The notes below the pieces were generated by a model. That model made no database searches. It was not told where the DNA came from and saw nothing but the letters and a program-made list of their open reading frames with translations. Shown piece by piece: positions 1 to 8,480 of a DNA stretch of 64,000 nt. The DNA lies in IMG/VR virus record IMGVR_UViG_3300029908_000007, positions 32,001 through 96,000 of that record; one strand, 5' to 3'. The translations under genes were made by a program, and so were the position numbers. This DNA comes from a virus. The stretch's first letter is position 1. Every line of letters begins with the position of its first letter.

Positions 1-108
1 TTTGAGGGTAACACCCAGACCAATTTCCAGGTGCAACAGATGTTGGTTGTAGAATACTTGGCTGATGGTTCTGATCCAAACCTGCCAGATAATACGTTTT
101 TCTTTTAA
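1..108 (+). CDS. 3' end of an upstream (probably virion) gene, partial
   Basis: Frame 1 is open from the window start (FEGNTQ...NTFFF) to TAA at 106-108. Confidence 0.6.
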   Translation, partial: FEGNTQTNFQVQQMLVVEYLADGSDPNLPDNTFFF

Positions 109-114
109 ATTTAG

Positions 115-144
115 TTGACAAAACAAAAGGTTATGTGATATATT
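115..144 (+). promoter_or_regulatory. sigma70-like promoter for the endonuclease gene
   Basis: TTGACA (115-120), N18, TATATT (139-144) preceded by TG; 9 nt before the ATG at 153. Confidence 0.6.
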
Positions 145-152
145 AAGGGTGT

Positions 153-1160
153 ATGAGGAAGAATTGGGACTATCCAGACGAAATAATTCAACTAGCCCTG
201 AAACACGGGAGTATGACGGATTTTATCAAAAATAGCGCCGGAGCATGGCAGGCCGCGAAACGCTTTGGCATAGACAAAAAGATCAAATCTCTTATGCCTG
301 TAAAAAAGAGAGGCGCTTACACTTACGAAGAATTAAAAGAATTTGCTCTTTCGTGCGGAACTAGAGGAGAATTTAAAAAGAAATCTCCGTCTAAGTATAA
401 CGCAGCTCGTGATATGGAAATTTTAGACGAAATTTGTTCTCACATGCCTCCTCCAAAAACGGAGGCTTACACGTATGAGGAATTAGAAGCTCTAGTAAAA
501 ACTTGCTCTTCTAATCAGGAATTTAGAGATAAATATCCTGGGGCCTATACTGTTGCTTGTAGCAGAAAAGTGTTAAAAAAACTGTGTAAAGATTTTCCAG
601 AAGCTAAAAATAAGAAACATACAAGAGAAGAAGTGGTAGCATTTTTTGGTAAAGATGGATACGAAGTAGTTAGCGAAAAATATGTAAACGCCAACACTCG
701 TCTAGAAACCATTTGTCCGGCTGGCCACACTTATTTTGTTAGATATGGCGATTTCTATACTGGTTATAGATGCGCCGATTGCGTACTTAATAATGTCTCT
801 AAAATGGAGTTGGAACTTCTAGAAGCTCTTAGAAAATACGTTCCAGAATTAAAAAGAAAAAAGTTTAAGGTTACCGTTCTGAATAAATCCCATATTAAAG
901 CTTTTGAAGTTGATATGTATGACTCAGAAAAGAAAATTGGAATTGAATTTGATGGAGAATACTATCATTCTTTTGAGTACATGAGAAGCGATAAAAAGAA
1001 AAAGAAATGGTCCGATGAAGATATTCGAAATTATCATGAAATTAAGGATAGCGCTTTAATGGACTGTCACGGTATTTTGGTATTACACATTAAAGAAGAA
1101 GAGTGGAAAGTCGACAAACAAGCTTGTATCAACAAAGCTTTAAGGTTTCTAGGAGTATAA
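153..1160 (+). CDS. Free-standing homing-endonuclease-like protein: three ~50-aa helical repeats, Zn ribbon, PD-(D/E)xK/Vsr-like nuclease
   Basis: YTYEEL..A..C..R.EF....P..Y..A....L..IC repeats; CPAGH...CADC; FEVDMY...GIEFDGEYYHS; AT-rich. Confidence 0.75.
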   Translation: MRKNWDYPDEIIQLALKHGSMTDFIKNSAGAWQAAKRFGIDKKIKSLMPVKKRGAYTYEELKEFALSCGTRGEFKKKSPSKYNAARDMEILDEICSHMPPPKTEAYTYEELEALVKTCSSNQEFRDKYPGAYTVACSRKVLKKLCKDFPEAKNKKHTREEVVAFFGKDGYEVVSEKYVNANTRLETICPAGHTYFVRYGDFYTGYRCADCVLNNVSKMELELLEALRKYVPELKRKKFKVTVLNKSHIKAFEVDMYDSEKKIGIEFDGEYYHSFEYMRSDKKKKKWSDEDIRNYHEIKDSALMDCHGILVLHIKEEEWKVDKQACINKALRFLGV

Positions 1161-1161
1161 A

Positions 1162-2016
1162 ATGGCAGATTTCTCAGCCTCAAGGACATTTCAAACCGCG
1201 CAATACCCCGTACACGCATCCCAAACTTCTGGATTGCTTAAGCGCGTAGAACCATTTCTAACTCCCGAACTTTTTATAAACAGATTTCTTTTGGGAGTCC
1301 CTCTTAAATTTGCAAACGGACAGTCATTTACCGATGAGATTATAAAAGATCGTATCATGCTCGCAATGAACGAATCAGAAGCGCAAATCGGAACCACAAT
1401 CACAAGAGAAGAGTTTAAGGATAAACTAGGATTTGACGCCAATTTATACCGCAGCTTTATACATTTAAAGCCACGGCATTCTCCAATTATAAGCATTGAA
1501 AGTTTAGCTATTGTTGCGAGCAATGACGAAGTTATTTTTGTTGTACCTAGTATGTGGATAGAGCTATCTTCTTTATCAATGGGTTACATTAACGTCGTCC
1601 CACTTTTAGCTGCTTTTGGAAGTTTTTCTGTCACCGGTTCACCAATCACAGCAACGAATCAGGGGGCGGGCGTTGCTTTCCTGGCCCTGTGGGGACAAAA
1701 TGGCTCATCGCAACACGTCCCAGGATATTGGCAACTTAATTACAGTGCAGGTCTTTCAAATCGCGAAGGACACGTTCCGACTATCGTCAATCAACTCATC
1801 GGAACAAATGCGGCCATCAACATTCTCAGCCAAATAGCACAATCTTTTACAACTACTTCTCAAACATTGAGTCAAGATGGAATTTCACAAAGCAGTTCGG
1901 GTTTGGGTCCTCGCACCTACGCACTTCGCCTCGAAGAACTCACAAAGAACAGGGATGAACTTATAAAGAAAATCAAGGGAATCTTCGCTAAATCCTATGT
2001 AATCGGAGAATACTAA
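1162..2016 (+). CDS. Virion structural protein (neck/head-tail adaptor-like)
   Basis: Position in the morphogenesis cluster; P-I-x-S-I-E-S-L...Y-x-A-G and S-x-S-x-D-G-I-S-Q-S patterns typical of adaptor proteins. Confidence 0.55.
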   Translation: MADFSASRTFQTAQYPVHASQTSGLLKRVEPFLTPELFINRFLLGVPLKFANGQSFTDEIIKDRIMLAMNESEAQIGTTITREEFKDKLGFDANLYRSFIHLKPRHSPIISIESLAIVASNDEVIFVVPSMWIELSSLSMGYINVVPLLAAFGSFSVTGSPITATNQGAGVAFLALWGQNGSSQHVPGYWQLNYSAGLSNREGHVPTIVNQLIGTNAAINILSQIAQSFTTTSQTLSQDGISQSSSGLGPRTYALRLEELTKNRDELIKKIKGIFAKSYVIGEY

Positions 2017-3243
2017 ATGTCCTTGCTTAAGCATCTCCGCAAAGCTCTTACCGAAGAGTACTCGCTGAAGAAAGCTGAGGATCCCGTTGCCTACGCTAAG
2101 ACCGCTTCCACTGGTTTCATTCTTGCTCACCCTGTAAAGATCAACGGCGAAAGTCACAGAAAAGATAATGGTATCGATTACCATTCCACTGTAAAATTCT
2201 TCGATAAAGAAAAAGACAACCACGACGACGCCCACAAAACCGCTTCCCAATTAGACCTCACCCCACCCGATCCCAAAGAAACCCATATCGGCACCAATGT
2301 GATTAAAGATCGCATGGGTAACGACGTATACGCGATAACTTTGCATGGCAAGCACGCCGACAAGCTCAAAGAGAATCATAAAAAGTTCGATCACATGGGT
2401 CACAAAGAAAACTATGACTGGAACGCCCACATCAGTGTGCCTAAAGCCGTACACGATGAAATCAAAGCCAGCGGCCATAAGACCGCGCATGAAGCCGGAA
2501 TTGAATTCGGGCCAGCACAGCTGAAGCGTGGCAAAGAAGTTATTCATACTTATAAATTAAAAGAGCCGATGAAAAAGTCCGAAGGCGACGCTCCCTCAAC
2601 CGTCAAGCCTCCTGTCAAAATCAATCCCGAACACGGTAAGGCCATAGCAGATGCCTACGAGGGTATGAAACACGAGCCCAATAGCCCACACGTCAAAGCC
2701 GCCTACGATGCTTTGACCAACGAGACCGGCAAACAATTCAAAGACATCATGGGATCCGGACTTAAGATCTCGCAAATCAAACCCGGTCAAGCCAATCCCT
2801 ACAAAAGTTCCAAAGAAATGCATAACGACATCAAGAATAACAAACATCTGTGGTACTTCCCAACCGAACAGGGCTTTGGTAGTGGTGGGCAAGCTTCGGA
2901 CCACCCAATGTTGGGCCCCAGCGGTTTCAAACACGACGGCAAGTCTTTGGTACACAACGACATCTTTAGAATCGTTCACGACATCAACGGCCATCACGCC
3001 GGTGGAGAAACCGGATTTGGGCCAACCGGGGAGCACCAAGCCTATCTCACCCATAAGAAAATGTATAGCCCTCTAGCGGGAAAAGCATTGGCTACAGAAA
3101 CTATGGGACAAAATAATTGGGTGAATTTTGGTCCTCACGGAGAAAACAATAGAAAAAATCCAGCCCAGACAAAGTTTGCGGATCAAAAAGCGGGATTGTT
3201 ACCAGAACACATTACCAATGGAGACTGGCACAATGCATCATAA
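2017..3243 (+). CDS. Two-domain head-cargo protein: Acb1-like 2H phosphoesterase plus HDxxGH domain
   Basis: HST (2182-2190) and HIS (2428-2436) 2H motifs; NDIFRIVHDINGH...FGPTGE...ETMGQNNWVNFGP domain; domains bounded by LKKAE and MKKSE. Confidence 0.7.
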   Translation: MSLLKHLRKALTEEYSLKKAEDPVAYAKTASTGFILAHPVKINGESHRKDNGIDYHSTVKFFDKEKDNHDDAHKTASQLDLTPPDPKETHIGTNVIKDRMGNDVYAITLHGKHADKLKENHKKFDHMGHKENYDWNAHISVPKAVHDEIKASGHKTAHEAGIEFGPAQLKRGKEVIHTYKLKEPMKKSEGDAPSTVKPPVKINPEHGKAIADAYEGMKHEPNSPHVKAAYDALTNETGKQFKDIMGSGLKISQIKPGQANPYKSSKEMHNDIKNNKHLWYFPTEQGFGSGGQASDHPMLGPSGFKHDGKSLVHNDIFRIVHDINGHHAGGETGFGPTGEHQAYLTHKKMYSPLAGKALATETMGQNNWVNFGPHGENNRKNPAQTKFADQKAGLLPEHITNGDWHNAS

Positions 3244-4426
3244 TCAGTGGAAGAAAGAATTTGAAGATTCCGTGGAACCATCTTTACGTAAAGCCGAAGA
3301 TCTCCATCTAGTCCACTATTCCCCCCAAGCCGGTCTCAAATACATCGACCCAAAGTTCAGCGGAACCGGCGTCGACAGCAGAACCAAAGGCCGCAGCACC
3401 GAACACCCACACTCCTTCTATTATAGGCATGGAACCGAACCCGAAGAAGTGGTAACCGGTAGAGCTGCTAACAAATACCACGTTAAAATCGGCGCCGACA
3501 AACCCATTTACGATATTGGTAAAGATCCTAAGGGCTTGGTCAGACAAGCCATCGAGGAAAATCAAGGTATTACTAATATGGATACCGTACACTCCAAAAT
3601 CAAAGAACACGGCTTCCATGGATTCCATAATAGCGGGCACCCCAGTCTTTCCAATGTAGTGGCTATGTATCACCCGCAGCCGGTTCAGAACGACAGCATG
3701 CAGAAATCCGAAATCCAACCCCTTCTAAAACCCTGGTCCAGCCAAGCTCAAGCCGCATGGGGTCATTCACCTGAAGGTAAAGCCGCGCTTGGTGGAGAAG
3801 CCGCTGTGAAGGAATGGGATAACGCTACCAAAGGCAAGCATCTGCCAAAGCATGTTAAAAAGAACGAATCCCTCGAAAAAGGCGCACTCAAAAATCTCCT
3901 AACCGCTGGAACCATGGGCGCTGCTTTGGCCTCCGCTGTTCCCTCAGAAGCCCACGCGCCCAATCACGAACCCCTACATCCCCAAGCCGGTGCTCACCCA
4001 ACTACGGGCTACGATCGAAAAAAGATGTTAGACGCTATTTCACAAGTTGAGAGTAGCGGCGGAAAAAATACCGTGCACAAGCCAACCTCCATGGGCCGAG
4101 CATATGGCCGATTTGCCGAAATGCCCGACATGATCCACGACACTATTCGCCTCAACCCCGATCTGAAACGCCAGCATCAAAAAGCCCTAAATCTTCAGGG
4201 TGACGATCTCCACCGTTACATGCAGGACAACCCAAAGTTAGAAGAGCAGATCGCCGATAAACATCTTTCCAGACTCGAACACCATTTCGGCCAGAATCCC
4301 AGCCTAATAGCGTTTTCTTGGAACCAAGGTGTCACAGGTACGAATCGCGCCTTAAATCAAAAACACGACATTTCCTCGCACCCATATGTGCAGAAATTTA
4401 AACACGCCTACGAAGGCAAGGAGTAA
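3233..4426 (+). CDS. Multidomain head-cargo protein: ART-like domain, short linker motif, C-terminal lytic transglycosylase (SLT/lysozyme-like)
   Basis: ATG 3233 after GGAG; LVHYS...FYY...IYD...GFHG; AISQVESSGG...AYGRF...AFSWNQG...YVQKF; separated by LRKAE, MQKSE and LEKGA. Confidence 0.65.
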   Translation: MHHNQWKKEFEDSVEPSLRKAEDLHLVHYSPQAGLKYIDPKFSGTGVDSRTKGRSTEHPHSFYYRHGTEPEEVVTGRAANKYHVKIGADKPIYDIGKDPKGLVRQAIEENQGITNMDTVHSKIKEHGFHGFHNSGHPSLSNVVAMYHPQPVQNDSMQKSEIQPLLKPWSSQAQAAWGHSPEGKAALGGEAAVKEWDNATKGKHLPKHVKKNESLEKGALKNLLTAGTMGAALASAVPSEAHAPNHEPLHPQAGAHPTTGYDRKKMLDAISQVESSGGKNTVHKPTSMGRAYGRFAEMPDMIHDTIRLNPDLKRQHQKALNLQGDDLHRYMQDNPKLEEQIADKHLSRLEHHFGQNPSLIAFSWNQGVTGTNRALNQKHDISSHPYVQKFKHAYEGKE

Positions 4427-4428
4427 TT

Positions 4429-4920
4429 ATGTCAATGAATATTCGCCCCGAAGATATTGATACCATTGAAGACGCAGGTATTTTAGATGGACAACCGGTT
4501 AAACTCATCAGAACCCGTGGTGGATTTTGGATGAGCATTATCAACGGCAAAGTCGTTGCAGGCGGATCTCACCCAGCGATCGTTAAGCACAGTGTGTCTA
4601 AGATGTTCCCTAACTTCCAAGCCGCTCTCTGCAAAAGTGAAAACGCTGGCATGGACGCCATCGTTGACAAACACTCACACTTCTTATCTGACGATCTGCG
4701 TAAAAGTGGTCACGACATCTACAGTATCCAAGAAAACGACGCCATCGAATTCCAAGTCACCAAGCACAACATCAAAGTTGCTGGTATTAACGGTTCCATG
4801 GTTGAGGGCTCCCTATCTTTGGAAGCCATCGACTTCCCCGAAGAGTTCAAAAAATCTCTAGCTGCGGCTACAACCGAAAAAGCTCTCTCTGTTAAAGCTA
4901 AAACCATCCGGATCAAATAA
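4429..4920 (+). CDS. Hypothetical head-associated protein
   Basis: RBS GGAG, coupled to the upstream gene; LCKSE and LRKSG motifs. Confidence 0.6.
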   Translation: MSMNIRPEDIDTIEDAGILDGQPVKLIRTRGGFWMSIINGKVVAGGSHPAIVKHSVSKMFPNFQAALCKSENAGMDAIVDKHSHFLSDDLRKSGHDIYSIQENDAIEFQVTKHNIKVAGINGSMVEGSLSLEAIDFPEEFKKSLAAATTEKALSVKAKTIRIK

Positions 4921-4921
4921 T

Positions 4922-5269
4922 ATGTGCGTAGAACTTGTTAAGAGTGAAACCCAAGTCAGTTTTAAACCCGAACTTCCTCTAGAAGAGCAAATCTGTGGAT
5001 GCCAGGAAGCTATTATTGACTGCGAACCCGATTGCCCGAAGGTACTGAAGTTCTTGGCCGAAGTCGAAAAGGCCTGCCAATATGGGAAATCGTTGGGAAT
5101 CAAACTTAGCCTAGTTGATACACACAACTTCGGATTGTTTAAAAAAGTTAAGGATTTAAACCAAGCCATCGCTACTTCTGATATAATACATCAGATAGTT
5201 TTGTTTCACGACAAAGCCGATCGTAGACTAGAAGAGATTGCTAACATGTGTAGGAAACCGAATGAATAA
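4922..5269 (+). CDS. Hypothetical protein
   Basis: Tightly packed ORF; N-terminal LVKSE. Confidence 0.55.
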   Translation: MCVELVKSETQVSFKPELPLEEQICGCQEAIIDCEPDCPKVLKFLAEVEKACQYGKSLGIKLSLVDTHNFGLFKKVKDLNQAIATSDIIHQIVLFHDKADRRLEEIANMCRKPNE

Positions 5270-6254
5270 AAAGCCCGAAGGCGAACAGATCGAAACTATT
5301 TCTTCTGAAGCACCTTATATTCAGGAATCTTTCGATTTAAATCGAATGGACGCTTTTGTAAAGAGTTTAGGTGTTCTCCTAACTCATTGGAAAGCCACGC
5401 CTTCACCAATTGGCTTAAACGATAAAGGCGACTATCGTAGAAATACCGGGCAAGTCGATGTTATGACTAGCAACGGCTATATATATAGTTTGGCAGGACT
5501 ATTCGTTGGTGTTATGACTGGAAACAGCAAAGACCAGCGGCGCCCTGTTGAAGGCGGATTGCTAGACTCAGCGCAGGCCAACCTAATACTACCCAGGTAT
5601 TACGAGCGCAAACAGACCAACGACGTGGCTTGCGGCGAAGACGGCTGTGTTGTTGATACCGATAAAAACGAAAGAATCTATCTCACCCCCGGAGATAGGT
5701 TATACTACGGTGATCCACAAGCCGACGACTTAGTGGTTGGCAAAGAATTGATGAATTTTGAGATCGACAAAGACACCGTTCCCATGTACCCCATTATTAA
5801 GATGGACGCACCTATCGTTGATTCTCGCGGAATTTCATATCAACAGAACATCGATTTCGTCATCACTAATTGCGGCGACATTCGGTGGATAGAAGGAAGG
5901 CCAAATCCGGGTATTGATCCAAGTACTGGAGAAGGCAGGACATTTTCGGCCCGCTACCTTTATAAAGCGTTTTACTACGTCACCTCTATCTTAAGAGAAG
6001 TTAGGATCACCAACACCAGCAAGTTTGGCGAGCCGAGCTGCGACAACCAGGGCCTGAGAAGCGCGGAACGCATGCCGATGTTTGTGCAACTAACCCGTGA
6101 ATACCTCTATCACAACATCAACAAGGGTTCGGAGACCAATAAAGCACCTCAAAAAGGTGCGGAACTCAGACAGACCGTTGAACCCCCTAGTACGGTTCCA
6201 ATACAGACTGGAATTGTTAGGGTAGAAACCACGGACCTCGATTTTGATGAATAA
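5262..6254 (+). CDS. Virion neck/head-closure-like protein
   Basis: ATG 5262 with AGGA RBS; morphogenesis context; beta-rich DFVI...GDIRWI...P...G..FS.RY segment. Confidence 0.5.
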   Translation: MNKKPEGEQIETISSEAPYIQESFDLNRMDAFVKSLGVLLTHWKATPSPIGLNDKGDYRRNTGQVDVMTSNGYIYSLAGLFVGVMTGNSKDQRRPVEGGLLDSAQANLILPRYYERKQTNDVACGEDGCVVDTDKNERIYLTPGDRLYYGDPQADDLVVGKELMNFEIDKDTVPMYPIIKMDAPIVDSRGISYQQNIDFVITNCGDIRWIEGRPNPGIDPSTGEGRTFSARYLYKAFYYVTSILREVRITNTSKFGEPSCDNQGLRSAERMPMFVQLTREYLYHNINKGSETNKAPQKGAELRQTVEPPSTVPIQTGIVRVETTDLDFDE

Positions 6255-6306
6255 TTTAAAAAGCTTAAGGAAATCGGTATCCTGCAGGCTTTAAAATAAA
6301 GCAATG

Positions 6307-6314
6307 AATCTTTA
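6307..6314 (+). promoter_or_regulatory. Candidate late-promoter motif AATCTTTA
   Basis: The same octamer lies upstream of five structural/lysis genes (6307, 12512, 18265 on +; 21186, 27446 on -). Confidence 0.5.
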
Positions 6315-6336
6315 ATTAGTAAAGGAAAACAATAAC

Positions 6337-6807
6337 ATGGCCAACGTTTCAAAGCGCAATATTCCAGGTAATCAAGTTCAGGACCCCTCAGCCATTGGTA
6401 TCTTGACATACTCAGACCAAGCGGGCTCAGTAAAGACATCAGAAGTCGGCAGAAGTCTAGCGCCTCTTGGCGATGGCGCTGGTGGATTTACCACCGATGC
6501 TTCAACGGCGCGTATTTTACCCGGTGCTGGCCAAAATCTTGCCATTTATAATAAAAGCGGAACCGTACAATCGGTTACGGTTAGTTCTAGTGGCTCGACA
6601 ACGGCTTTGTCAATTGGAGCAACCAATGCAGCTGGCAATGTCGGCGTCGCGTGTACTCCTAATTCCTGGACTTACGTTGCTTGTAATCAATCCAACTGGG
6701 TCGTCACGGATTCCTCTAATCTGGTCGTATATTTAATCAATGATTATTCCAGCATCCAAGCCGTGGCACCGGTTTTGGTCAGCCAACCCAACTATCCTCA
6801 GCTCTAA
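6337..6807 (+). CDS. Virion structural protein (small, beta-rich)
   Basis: G/S/T/N-rich composition; RBS AAAGGA; AATCTTTA upstream. Confidence 0.55.
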   Translation: MANVSKRNIPGNQVQDPSAIGILTYSDQAGSVKTSEVGRSLAPLGDGAGGFTTDASTARILPGAGQNLAIYNKSGTVQSVTVSSSGSTTALSIGATNAAGNVGVACTPNSWTYVACNQSNWVVTDSSNLVVYLINDYSSIQAVAPVLVSQPNYPQL

Positions 6808-6811
6808 TTAG

Positions 6812-7738
6812 ATGAAACCGAACGCCGAGTACTTTCTCAGAAAGACACTTGGAGAAGACCTTAAAGAGTCGTTAGGCGAAGTCCTATCTAAGTCCGAAGT
6901 CTATAAGCAAGGTACTCGTACTATTACCGATACCGACGATCTTTTTCAAGGTCTTCAAATCGTTCCACGAGCACTACTAAGTCTTTTGGTTAGAGAGTTG
7001 TCTCCCATGCAAATCGGAGAAAATAAAGAAATTCGCATTCCAGGAAAAGAAGACACCACGGTTCAGGTTACCAAGCATGAGCGTGATTCCTATAGTGGTC
7101 AAATAATTCAAAACAACGTTAAAATCAACGACTTTATGCACCGCTCATTACCGGGTTTAGGTTTGGTTTTGATGACAATGCTAGAACTATACGACTTCGA
7201 AGATCTCAAAGAAACTCCTTCCGCCGACCACTCCCATATCAACAAGCTCATCGACGAACGCATGCATCTTCACTCCCTCATCAACCAAGTCGTAGATGGC
7301 AAGCTCATGCACCGCGACGCCGTTGAACAGCTTCTCATGACCAAGCTAAATCAGATGGGCACCGAACATAAAGAGATTAAAGAAGAACACAAAGAAATCA
7401 TGAAGCCCGAAGAACCTAAGGCAACAGTGGTTATTAACATCGAAACCGCTAAAAAACGTCGTCCGTTATCGGAATTCGTGGAAAATCGTAAAAAGAAACT
7501 TGCCAAGAAAGAGCATTTTATAGAAATGAAAAAATCCGAAGAAATTTCATGCCCGGATTGCGGGAACGTTATTTTTTCTGAGGGTGCTTACAGCGGCTGT
7601 ATTTGTTTTGGTGATAGCGATAAAAAGCTTTATGTTAAAAAATCTGAAAACGGCTATATGGTGCGCCCTGGTCGTGGGTGGGATGAAGAGAATCTGGAAA
7701 TGCTTTTGGAAGCTTTGAGGGGTAATAAAAATGGGTAG
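6812..7738 (+). CDS. Hypothetical head-associated protein with C-terminal Zn finger
   Basis: LSKSE, MKKSE and VKKSE motifs; CPDCG...CIC. Confidence 0.6.
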   Translation: MKPNAEYFLRKTLGEDLKESLGEVLSKSEVYKQGTRTITDTDDLFQGLQIVPRALLSLLVRELSPMQIGENKEIRIPGKEDTTVQVTKHERDSYSGQIIQNNVKINDFMHRSLPGLGLVLMTMLELYDFEDLKETPSADHSHINKLIDERMHLHSLINQVVDGKLMHRDAVEQLLMTKLNQMGTEHKEIKEEHKEIMKPEEPKATVVINIETAKKRRPLSEFVENRKKKLAKKEHFIEMKKSEEISCPDCGNVIFSEGAYSGCICFGDSDKKLYVKKSENGYMVRPGRGWDEENLEMLLEALRGNKNG

Positions 7739-8480
7739 CGGCGGCAAGAACAGACTATCCGTTGAAGAAGTTGAGCGGAGGGTTCAACTTGCTCATGGTG
7801 GCATGGTTACAATGGTCGGATCTACCTACAAAGGTATGCTTAAAAAAGCATTGTTCGTCGACAAGGATCATGGGGAATGGTGGACAAAACCGGGTGACGT
7901 AACATTTAAGAAATCGGGCCATCCCTTAAGATCTTTAGAAAAATCAAGAAATACCTTTACGAGTAAATACGGTATTGGTATCATTAATGCCAGTCAAGTA
8001 GAAGAAATAAAAGAAAAAAAGAAAGCAACTACATTCAAAAACCATGGTGTTAAGCATCCTTCTCAGAGTAAGGCGATCAGAGAAAAGGCTCAAAACACGA
8101 CCCTAGAAAGGCATGGGGCTTTATTCCCGTATCAATGTTCAGACATTGCTCTCAAGGCCGCAAAAAAAGTAAACAATCCCAGTACAAAAATTCATTGGAA
8201 AACCGGAGAAGAACTATTTTGTCAAGGCGGATATGAAGCCAAAACTGTTGACTATCTTAATGCCAACCAAATTAACTTCGAATGGCAGCCCAAGACATTC
8301 AAAATGCCTGATGGTAAAACATATCGTCCTGACCTATACCTGTCTGACACAGGCATTTGGGTTGAAATAAAAGGCTGGATGAGAAAAGATGCTGAGTTAA
8401 AGTGGGACTGGCTCAAATCTGAATACCCTAACGCAGAACTTTGGAATCAAAAGAAACTAGAAGAAATGGGGATATTGTAA
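7731..8480 (+). CDS. Homing-endonuclease-like protein (KYG-type repeats plus PD-(D/E)xK nuclease)
   Basis: T...K(Y/H)G...SQ..I.EK repeats; TYRPDLYL...WVEIKGW. Confidence 0.7.
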   Translation: MGSGGKNRLSVEEVERRVQLAHGGMVTMVGSTYKGMLKKALFVDKDHGEWWTKPGDVTFKKSGHPLRSLEKSRNTFTSKYGIGIINASQVEEIKEKKKATTFKNHGVKHPSQSKAIREKAQNTTLERHGALFPYQCSDIALKAAKKVNNPSTKIHWKTGEELFCQGGYEAKTVDYLNANQINFEWQPKTFKMPDGKTYRPDLYLSDTGIWVEIKGWMRKDAELKWDWLKSEYPNAELWNQKKLEEMGIL

